NCBI GenBank assembly: GCA_000934665.2
Contig: JYFJ02002433.1
Location: 1 to 57,132, forward strand
Origin: Catajapyx aquilonaris
Lineage: Eukaryota
Length of the DNA stretch: 57,132 bases
Direction: 5' to 3'
Shown in pieces: positions 28,107 to 39,500 of this stretch. The notes beneath the pieces were generated by a model. The model did not search any database, was not told where the DNA came from, and was given only the letters and a program-made list of their open reading frames with translations. Both the position numbers and the translations under genes were made by a program. Numbering within the stretch: the first letter of the stretch is position 1; the number at the start of each line of letters is the position of its first letter.

Positions 28107-30562
28107 ATGGGTTGGATTATTAAGTTAATGTTACTTACGTTGGTGTGTTGCGGAGTGTTCAGTGAGCCAGAAGTAGTTGAGATGTTGGATAATGACCAGG
28201 AGTGCTGCCATGAAATTCATGGCATTGTGCAGAGTCACACAATCAAGCTGAGTGGTTTGGTCAAATATGAGCAAATGACAGATCGGCTCTATGACTGGTA
28301 CAAGAGGACGAGGGACTCTCTGGATGACCTTATGGACTCGGGGCTCTCAAAACTGGCCCAAGTTCTAGACGAGGAGTGGGTGGAACAGGTGACTGACAAG
28401 ATGCATGATGTCGACCGACTTGATATCAGCTTGAATTCAGCACTGCAGAGGATTTCAGCCCTGGATAGGAAGGTGGCCAAGTCCCTATCTAGTGCTGCGG
28501 GTGTGCTGGAAAGTGTGTTGGACCGTATGGATGCACTGGAGGCAAGACTGGCTAAGATCGAGTCTCCTAAGGTATGTCACTGTAAATAAATAAATGCAAA
28601 TAAATTAACAATAAATGACAAAAATAACATGTAAATAAAACGAAATTATTTCCTGGTGTTTTGCCAAGTATGTAATCAAAGGCTGTTTTGCTTTCCAGAT
28701 TGAAATAGAAAACCGCTTAGAAGCCATCGAAAAGCAGCTGAAAGGCTTGCAGAAGGAAACACTCTCAAGGACGGAATACAATCAAGATCGCAACGATGTC
28801 AACAAGTTTGTATCAGAAACTGAAGGAAAACTCCAAGGTATGCATGATCATGAATCACTTCTTGAAAATGAACTGCATCTGATCAACTCCACCCAACGAG
28901 ATCAGCGAAAGCTTCTCTCTGATATGTACCACCTGTTTGAAAGCACTGCTTTGGACTTTGATGGAAAAATAGAACATATGGGTGAGGCAATGCAGCAGAA
29001 GATTGACCTTCTGGAGCAGGATGTAGTTGACCATCGGAATACAACTACAATTGAATTGGACAGATTGAACCAATCTCTGGACAAGATGGGGGACAGAATT
29101 AGGGATCTACGCTTGATCATCCCAGGGACACCAAATGGTACTGAGACACTGTTCAGGGTGATCAACTATGTCAACGGTGGAATTGCAACTCTAAGGTCTG
29201 AAAATGCAGCGATGACCAAGACCTTCCAGGAAGCAGTTGAAAGTGTCGTCACCAAAACACAGGACCAGTGGGACGAAGTAGATGATCAGATCAAAATCTT
29301 GGTCCACGAAGACAATGTCATTCACAAGTCAATACACAATATGAAGGATGAACACAGCCAGATGATTAAGACACTCCATAAAGATGTTTTGGAGCAGACA
29401 ACAAAAGAAATGAACAAGTGCCAGTCCCTCATCTACGATCACGTTGTGGATGCCCAACATCAAGCTGAAGAATTTGACATGAGATTAAACAACACCATTG
29501 ACAAATTTGATGCCATCCAGGTCCAGCAGCGTCAACAGGTTGACACCATGCTGCTGGAAGCTCTGCTAACAAAACATGACCTGGACCTGGAAAAAATCAA
29601 GGAGGTCATCCATTATGTCAACAAGACACTGGAAGAAGTCAGCCAGGGCTACAGTGAATTAGAAGGCCAGCTGGTGCAACTGCTGAAGATGGAAAAATTG
29701 GTTACAAAGCTGTCAGAAAAGCTGAAAGAACTGGAAGATTCCATGGCAGGTCAGAAAGTGAGGATGTCCGAGGCAGGTGATGACGTGGCGACGGTCATGG
29801 GGGAATTCCGGAGTGTGAAGGACAAGGTCACCCAACTAGATACTAGCATGAAACATCTGCAGGCACTTCTCACACGTACATCAGCAAATACAACTGACTC
29901 ACCACTTATCCAAACAACCACATTTGATTCGTCCCCAAATGCAACTGTGTTTGAATTGCCCACAGCAGAACCTCTGGTGGAATCAACTGAAAGTGCAACG
30001 GAAATTGAAACAATCACGACAATTTCTACTAGTACAACAACTGTGAAGACAGAAAATAGTAGTCCCAAGAATGACATCAATGATAGGTAACATTAAATGT
30101 GTAATTTAAAGACTCTTTAATGTTTTTAGTGCGCTTGATGTTAAATTTTGTAAACTCATAAAATAATGCAGTTTTATTATGCTGGGGGCAGAAAGACCTA
30201 ATTGATTCATAGCTAAAAAAATATATATATGGGTTAAACATTGAATCCCAAAAATTCATTTCAGGATTTTGCACTTTGAACCTTGGGACATCGAAATCTA
30301 GCAATAAGTTGGCAACAATTTGTTACGAAAAATGTAGGCATACATTGAAGCCTAATTTCTTTGGTCTAGCGACATGGAAGATGCAGGAATAGTGTTTCCT
30401 GGAGGAGGATCCGAGGAAAGAGCTCCATTAACCGTTGGCCGCAGGTGTAGTTCCACTGGAGAATACAGCTTCCAACCGGGTATAGATGAGTGGTGCCAAA
30501 CAAACTGTAATCACGATCCAGTGTTTTGCCCAGAAAATCGCTGTGTTTGCTATGATTTGTGA
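28107..30562 (+). CDS. Uncharacterised secreted protein (~681 aa): signal peptide, long coiled coil, Thr/Ser-rich stalk, C-terminal 6-Cys module
   Basis: Exons 28107-28571, 28699-30086, 30370-30562 (phases 0, 2; GT-AG). Hydrophobic N-terminus MGWIIKLMLLTLVCCGVFS; heptad-like L/M/E/D/K/Q-rich body; TTTFDSS..TITTISTSTTT stalk; C-terminal CSSTGEYSFQPGIDEWCQTNCNHDPVFCPENRCVC. Confidence 0.85.
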
Positions 30563-32547
30563 GGGTTGGGTAGAATAGGAATAAGATGCCAAAGTGTTAA
30601 AATAAGGGTTTAATCAACACTGTTTACCAAAACCAGTCCTTGCAAAAAAAAAAAAAAGATCATTCTTTTCACTTTACAAACTTCAATTTCACTTAGCTAC
30701 AATACCATTCACATTTACCATCTCGATTATAGTCGGAACTCCCCAAATTTTTTGATCAAAAGTCAAAATTACATCACATAATGGACACCTTTGGTGAATT
30801 TCAATGGTTGAAATGAGACTCCTCTTGGGTAGAAATAGCCGAAATGCTCGCAACTCCAAATTGGCGCACCTTATTCAAACCAACAAGTAGCCATCTGTTC
30901 ATACAATAACCGTAGCTGAACAGAACTTATCCTCAAGGCCACTAATCTTAGAAAGTAAGAGCACATGTTTGAGCTTGAGAGTTCGTCCACTTGCGCCACA
31001 ATTTGGCGGTTTTAGCACTAGTTCTAGTCAGTCCTATGAATCCACCAGTCATGGCCTATTCGTCCTTTGTCATGCCAAAGGTCAGATAGTCCTATGCACA
31101 TTGACAAATCCTTACGACTAAGATTAAGACTAGTGCTAAAATCCCCTGCTTGTACAATGCATACAAACGAGACAAAGATGCAAACAAGTCTGCTGATTAT
31201 GAGCACTCATTTCGGCCAAAGAATTTTCGACAACCAGGTGTAATATGTTTAGAATTTGATATAAAACCAATCGTTACATCAAAAACATCAATTGTATACC
31301 TCATTACACTCATAACCATAAACCTTTCTTCCCAATAATGTAAGTGGGACATCATTTCTAGGTCACCATTAAAATCATTTAAATTGCCTTACCACATGCA
31401 ATTAGCTCCCTGACATCTATTACACTTCGTTGCATTATTACTTGCGCCCAACTAGAGACTAAGATGAACACTGGTAACTGCGCTGGGCCACTGAATCAGT
31501 CTCTGTGACAAGGCATCAGGAAGTACAATATTATATGTTATATAATATATAATTACTCTACTTATTTTGCTCTCACTGTGACCTGTCAAACATCTTGACT
31601 TGGCTCAACTTACACGACAAACTTTGGCTACATTCCAGCCCAGAAAATTGTACACTTGTTCGTATCACAGTATTAAGATGACAGTGTGTGCCAAATAATA
31701 CGCTCTTTTCTACACTATTCACATATGTGCAGTGAGAACTCCATTAACAGGCTACATCATATACGTTGTGCCAATGTGCATTTGATACAACACAATTATG
31801 TTCAAATTTTTTGAGGCATTACATGCCAAGTGAGATCCAATTTAGTTGCATCAAAATGATCTGCGCTGGCAGCCAAAATTTTTACGTGCCCAGTAACAGC
31901 TCTTCACGTACAATGAAATACTTCAGAATTTGAGCCATCCAAAGATTGACATGATACCTAGGCATGTGTCCACTATGTTTAGAAAACACCTCTACAAATC
32001 ATATCACCGGGAATTTCGTAATAAGCACGCAACCACAATTCCAAATGAAAATTTCCCCAGGTTTCAAATCTACTCTATTCCATAAATAGCAGACAAAAAA
32101 TGTCACCCCACTAAGTATGTACAATGTACAATAAAATGCAAATAACTCGAATTATTCTAAACTCCCAAAACTTAAATTCCAGATATAATAATTGAAGTTC
32201 AATGCATGTTAATTAATAATCTAGGTGTTCATAATCTACTTTTCTCTTAAACTTTCTGCAAATCAGACTATTGAGGCAGTCACTTGGTGATTGAGTCAAA
32301 ACAATTTGACTGGAAGTAGAAATGATGGTACGTTTGCAGATGGCTGCAGTTTGGTCAGTCCCAGTTGCTGATGTTATTTTGTTGGACCAATAAAAACTCT
32401 ATTTAACACAACTACTTGCCTTAATTTCAATGCATTACTGGCATATTAGATCAACAAATGTAAATGCCACACACCAGTGTTCGTAGTTAGCCTGACCTTC
32501 CGCAGACATGAGCTTTGGTGCAGTTATTAAAAATTGCATTGCTATTT

Positions 32548-32553
<6 letters not shown>

Positions 32554-32588
<35 letters not shown>
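32554..32588. repeat. (TA)n microsatellite
   Basis: Uninterrupted TA run of about 17 units. Confidence 0.95.
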
Positions 32589-32591
<3 letters not shown>

Positions 32592-32805
32592 AATGTTGCA
32601 GAACAGTTCTTGGGAGACAAAAAAAATAAGCTTTCTTGGGAGACCCACAGTCGCATTAGGGTCAGACTGGCAGTAATGGTCGCTTTTCCTTCACAGTAAA
32701 AAACTACAAGTCTTGGATTGATGAACACGAAAACTGTGCAAGTGATGCAAGTGATAACTGCTTATTACAACCACAATTCTTTGGACAAATGCTGCAAGTG
32801 CTGCA

Positions 32806-32856
<51 letters not shown>
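32806..32856. repeat. (AAT)17 microsatellite
   Basis: Uninterrupted AAT run. Confidence 0.95.
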
Positions 32857-32857
<1 letters not shown>

Positions 32858-34533
32858 TGTCAGCATCCATTATTCCTTAAAAAAGCATGTGTAGGATTAC
32901 AATAAGCATATGTCACTGCAGGACTTGCACCATGTAGGCAGGAATTACGGTAGGCAAAATTCGACTTGTTTCCCTGACTTTGCAACTTTGCAAGTACAAA
33001 GCAATGCCTGGAGGTATTTGACCAAAAAAACAATCCAATTTTTTTTTAAACTCAGAGGAAGACACAAGAAAGATACAAGTAGACACTTGACCTTCCCCAC
33101 ATGGTTTGGCACAGGCAACAAGCTTAATCCTAACAATTCACTTGATCCTTAAACACTCAGAATTGTGTTTGCCTGGCTGGAATTACGTACTGTTTGTAAA
33201 CCTGGCCCACTCCCCTTAGGAACATTCGTAATTGTTCTTTGTTTGTTTATGAGCTCAGAAACTATTAACATGTGCACTGTGTTTCAACTGAAACATCCAT
33301 AGCGGTGAGTGATTTTTTTTTGTTCTAAGCTGATTATTATTCAAGAGTTAACAAGTAGGCCTCATTTTACAATGGTGTTAGGTTCCAGCAAAGCACGGTT
33401 GTAAAATAAAGTTGTAACACGAGGCCTACGTCTCTGTACTGGCGGACCTTACTGCAATGCATCACAAAAAGCAGAAGCACCTATAGTGTTTCGAAGACTC
33501 AGAGGCATTGCAGCATGTGTTACTGTCTCAATTTATTTTGTTATTATAAAGTAGTTTTAAGGCAATTTTGAAAAGGTCATTAATATGTAACATAAAATGC
33601 AGTTGTAAAACGCAGTGTTAGATTGAATGCAAAACCTAATTCAGCCTCTGAATTACTATGAATTTCTAAGATTGTTACATTGCAAGTAATCCATTTGGGC
33701 CAGTCAGTACCAGAGATTAATGGTTGAACCCATTTTAAAAAGCTTATGCCCTTCTGCATTACTTTAAAATACTGCACCAATTCAATCGTCAAACTTGGCA
33801 TTTTTAAATAACCACTAAAAGTAGCCGTTACAAAGTTTCATAGTAACTGCGGCTCACAACTATTGTTAATGCAAAATAAATCAATGACAACTATTGATAA
33901 ATCAGTTGGAACACACTGTATAATTCCTGCAAGCATTGCCAAAAGTGGAGTACAATAATTTCAAACTAGATAATCAAAACAAGCAAACATGGAAAATGAA
34001 ACATAAATTTATCATGGGAATTTGTGCCATAATGCTGTAAGCACCATTTTAAAAGTAACAGAAGGTATGATGCCATATTTATATATAAAAAGAACCAATC
34101 TCAAACTTATATTGGAACTTACGGGTAGTTCATGAAGTACATCATGCTGATCTGCAGAATTTTTTGCATGACCCAAAATGTTAACGAAACTTATTTCATG
34201 CACTCGTTATTTGTGTCATATTCAGAAACAACTAGACAAGGGATTCGACTGGAGTCAGAGCTTTGGTCACAATTTGTCCCATATTACTAAATTTTGTGAT
34301 ACTATATCACAATGCTCAAACTATTCATGATGGTGTTTCACTACAGAGGCACTGCTTGCAATGGGAGTGATGTCATAAGTTACCTCACCTTAGTCCAGCC
34401 AAAACTGTACTCAAATTTTTTCAAGTTCAGATTGACATAAGGGGTTGCGCAAATACCACGTGACCGATTTTAGGCCAGTTTTTGGAAAAACTAGCTGGCC
34501 GAACTCAACGTTAGACTCTCCTCATAGATTTGA

Positions 34534-34617
34534 ATATCGTCGGTGATCATACAAAACCTCGTATCTTCCGTTGGTTTTTGCAGGAGATACGAGGTTTTGC
34601 ATGATCACCGACGATAT
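34534..34617. repeat. 84-bp inverted repeat / hairpin
   Basis: ATATCGTCGGTGATCATACAAAACCTCGTATCT pairs with AGATACGAGGTTTTGCATGATCACCGACGATAT (one mismatch), loop about 18 nt. Confidence 0.85.
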
Positions 34618-36554
34618 GAATATGATCCATCATCTCTTGTGGGAGACAAGATTTAGACACAATCCCTCACCATGTGGTGACGCAGTCAATTACACCGGCA
34701 CTCAATTCACTTGTCTCACACCTGCATGACGTACTCTACGGTAAACCCAACATTATTGCACAAAACCTTACTTTAATAATATTTCAGCCCACTTCTCCCT
34801 CCTAAAAAGTACTGTGTGCACTCAGCTACTCTCATTGTGTAAATATTGGGCAGTTCCATTGTAGGCTTTTTATTCTCTTAATAAAGAAATAAAACATCGA
34901 AAACAATAAAGCTTAAATCTCTATTCTCTTAAACTATGCAATACAAATAACCTCTTGAGCAAATTGCTGTCTTTTGTTTCCTGCTTGCACAGCAGCTTTG
35001 CCAAACGTCACTCATATTTGATGATATTAAATTAAATTTATGAGAAATAAGTGTTTCTATGTACAAGTCATGAAGAGTCGCGTGGAATGTCTAACCGATT
35101 TGATTTCCCCTTCAATATATTTCTAATAAGGTTACTTCTCTTCCGAGATTTATGCACAATATCCTTTTGTTTCAATCTCACTTCTCACAACTTTGTCCCC
35201 ATAATATTAAACCAAATTAGGTGGCAATGAGCAGGTACAACTTGCCTTTCAATGTGGAAAACTTGATGTGAATTATTCCAACCAAACGCTGATGTGAATA
35301 AATTATTCCAACCAATCACTGCGTGTGTTCGAGTAAGAAGTTAATTAATCTGATTGGCGGACAAGCATATGGAACATTCTCCCATTTGATTTACACTAAT
35401 GGCAGTTGGGTGCTAATATTGGGCTTAATTATCAGGCACAGTTACAGGCATCTTATGGGGGCCCTAACTCAAAATGAGAGTATCAATAAATTCTATTTCA
35501 TACAAAAATTACAGGTCCACAGTAATGGACTAAAGTATCAAATTAATAAATAATTTAACATTTGTGGACAGAATGACTCCTTGCCATGCCATGATCATGC
35601 GATATTAACATTTCCTTTCAGCAAGCATGTGCCTCTCCTTCAAATATTACGGTCCGAATCTTCGATGTCTCGCGCACACCTGCAGGAGGGCATTAATCCC
35701 TGAAGAACCCAGGGAGTAGTTAATTATGTTACTCTAAAATGTGATTATTTTTACTCTCGCTGGCAGAACCCTGTTAACTCCCCTCTGCGAGCGCCTCCCG
35801 CAAGTTTGTGTGAGACGTCGAAGATTCGGGCCATAATGTCTTGGTAATTACTCCGTAACAAATTTGGTACACATGACATAATAGGTAGTAAAGGGAATTT
35901 CAACATGCTGAATAGGCAATCAAGGACCATCGTCAAGTGTCAAATGATCTCATTTTCAACCTGCATATTTGTTACATTATTTGAGTTAATCTTGCCAGAA
36001 AGCACAACAGCAGCTTCAAACACTCACGTTGGAATAGGTCAGGTAGTAGTGACATTATGTATTTGGAAACTTGGGATTGGTTAAGAGACAGCAGAGCTCA
36101 TTCCCACTGGCTGATGCAATACCCCGATAGCCAGATAGCCACAGTTGCTTTGGTTCCTTCCCAATCACAGACGCTATGTAGTCTTCTTTGAAAAATTTGT
36201 CCAATTCTAATCACCTTGAGAATTCCTACATTCCATCCACAATGTGCTAGCATCCTGCTGATAAATTCAGTCTTCATGTATCCCACTAATAATTTTTCAC
36301 CCTGATGTACTAATAGCACTAGATTTTAGCAGTGCGCCTTGTCATATTTTTCCACAATTCACATACAATTAACTGCTTTTCATTCCATAATTCAAATGAC
36401 GTGATACAATTTTGGTTTTTCTTCATTTGGAAAAATCATTAAATAGCTAAACAACATTCCACTTGAGTACGGAAAGGAAACAAATATAACTGACGTTTGG
36501 AAAAGATGTGAAAGAGGATCCTGCATCTTGCCACCCTTTACCTGCCATTTCATT

Positions 36555-39500
36555 TTATGTTTGGCTCCTCTGGTAGCCTCGTATTCCTACCTTCTCAGCA
36601 AAGTTACCCAATAGGCTGCTGAATCCAGAGGGCTCATGGCCACTGTTCATGTGGAAGCCAACGGAAGTGGAGTAGGTAGCATAGAAGAGTGACCTCACTG
36701 CATCCAGTCTCTCTTTTCTCCTTTAAATATGAAAAGTTGCATTAGTGAGGCACAATTTCAGCATCCTATATTGTTTTCAACCATTTGTCACACTACCAAC
36801 GGAGGTAAACCTGTATGCAACAACACCAAAAGTAGCTCACTTGATATGAATGAAAAGAAGTTCAAAAAATTGGAGTGGAAAGTGTACCAGTATATGTATT
36901 GTACAGGGTGACTCTTAAAGTCAGGATACCTAGGTAATTGCTGTATTGTTGGTTTTCAGTTTTGCCAACTCCAATTGCCAACTGTACCAACTCAACCTTT
37001 ACTGACTCTCAACAATATGATATTGCACAACTGGAAACCAACAATACAATCAAATTACTTCTGTATACTGACTTTTGAGGCACCCTGTACATTCATTCTG
37101 AAAGAAAATGAACATTTTAGGGGGTGTTTTTGCTCCCTCTCCAGGAAGATGGAGAGGGGGCGTGGCCTCTACCCGAGTGTTTTTGGTGCCTCTCCAGAGA
37201 GTTGGAGAGGGGGGAAAAGGGGGGTGAAGTGGGCGGAGCTCTCCACAAATTCCCAAAAAGTGTCTTCTCTCCTCGGAGGTGGAAGAGACTTTCTGGAGAG
37301 GGGGCTGGAGCGGAGGGAGGGCGGGAAGCGGGTGAAGGTTTAAGAATTAAACATCACCAAGGAATTGGTTGCAGAATTAAACCTCCTTGGGCCCAGGGTC
37401 CTCGCCTCGCTCTCTTCTCAACTGTTTTGAGTGCTTTCTCCCCTAGCTACACCATTCCGCCCGTTTTTGGATTTAATAGTGGAGAGGGGGGATGTGGGGG
37501 ATATTCCGGAAGCCCCGCCCTCTTCCACCTCTCCTCTCCATCTTCCTGGAGAGGGACCAAAAACACCCCCTTAGTCTAAATCTACTTCTTACCTATTCAA
37601 CACTTCATTGCATCCTGAGTTGTGGGACAGGAGGCCATCTTCCACAAGCGTAGAACTTGAATCAGTCGTTTCTGGACACTCACAGCTGGGGGGGACATTG
37701 TACAACAAATTTAAGCAACATGCCAAAATCCCAATGGTGTCTGCCCCATGTCACCGATGAAGATGTTTACATACTTTCCCCACTTTAGAAACTTTGCACT
37801 ATTTCAGACTGAACAATCACGACAGCATTTTGGAAAATATAACACAGCTCCCTCTGTTCTGCCCCTTGAAATCAAAATTGAAACCAGAGAGACATAAAGC
37901 TTTACTTACAAATTGTGAATCTGCTGAGAATTGACAGAATTTGGTGTGTTTCCTGATTCACTGTTGGACGTTGATCCTCTCAAGCTTCCCGTCCCCGAAA
38001 TTATCTGCCAGCTGAAAGGATACAAACTGTAACAATGGACAACACCACCTATACAATAACTTCATTTCCATAGAAGGTGTAGTCTTACACAGAGAGTTCT
38101 GCTATAATATACCTAGAGGAAGTACTCTCCCACTAGTCAGGCTGGGCCAGCTGCCATCTTTACCATGGGTTTGGTTTGGTTTATTAGGAAGAAGCCAAAG
38201 CAGCTATGGCCATCTGGCTATAGAATATTCAAAGGTGGGACAGATGGAGATAGAAACGAAGAGGATAAAGAAGACAGGAAAGACTGGTATCTCTGTCTCC
38301 TATCCCAAAGACCTGTCCCTTTACCATGGGCATATTGTATTCTGATTCTGACAGTTGCCTAGCAACTGGGACAACAACCAATAATGACAACTGGGACGAC
38401 AATTAGTCCAATAATGTCAAGCGTCCGCCATCTTTACTATGGGCATATTGCTGCCAGCATTGCTGCCTGCCTTACATTTCACCCCGAGTGCTCTCTCTAC
38501 GTATATTATATATTATAGCAGAACTCTTTGGTCTTACATTCGCATATGGAAAATATAACCCACGGTCTTACTTTCAATGGCAATTCATGAATTAGAATCT
38601 CCCCTGTATAAACATGAAAGTGACTTCACAATACTGAACTAAAATTTATGGGCAAATCTCGCTTCTCAGCACAACATGCAAGAGAAAGGAAGGGCCCCTT
38701 GCGCCCTGAATCCAGGTTGGCAAGCTAAATAGATTTTTTTCAGGGGGAAACTGATGAAAGTTCCTTAGTAAATTGTGCTCATATTTTACAGTGATTTAGA
38801 TCATTCTTACTCCATGTCTCATATTTACTTCAGGGAAATAAAAACTGCACTTGAAAAATCACTCACATTCAGAAAATGAACTTTTAAACATGCAAACAGA
38901 CCTCCCGATACTAAGCGATCCAGTGGACTCGTTCCTTTGCCGGAACTTCTCCGGGACAGGCACTGCCACAGGACTTGTTCTGTTTCCATTGGCTGGATCC
39001 AGTGCCACCACGTGATGGAACACACCCCCACTGCCCATGTTCGGGGAATTGCCACTTCCTCCCCCTCCTCCCCCCAAGAGGAGGGGCTCTACGTAACCAG
39101 GAGGCCATGTGAATTGATGGTGGGAGTACCCATTGTTGCCCTGCTCATCGTTGGAGGAAGAATCATGGTTGGAGTAGAAGTACATGCTTGGCACCTCCTG
39201 ACTCTTGGTGCTCAAAGAGCTGCTGGAGCTGTTGAGGCTCGTGTTTGAGCCCTTCATGCTTGAGCGGCCCTCTGCCTCAAACATCAGGCGCTCCAGGTGG
39301 GAGTCAGAGTCTGTATGCATCACACTGTTTTTCCACTTGCTCCTGTGGTTACAGACAATTTTAACATGTTTTCTATCATCTAATCCAAACATTTTAACTT
39401 GCACATTCAATATTTGAACAAAAAGGTATCCATTCATAACGGGAAGGGAACATTTCATTTAGTACCCAAATTACAAAAACAATCACAGATGTGCCTGCAG

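Noticed and set aside
36975..37579. 122-aa and 151-aa plus-strand ORFs
   Set aside because: Lie within the Tourist-like MITE in an MTMR14 intron; no transposase motifs.
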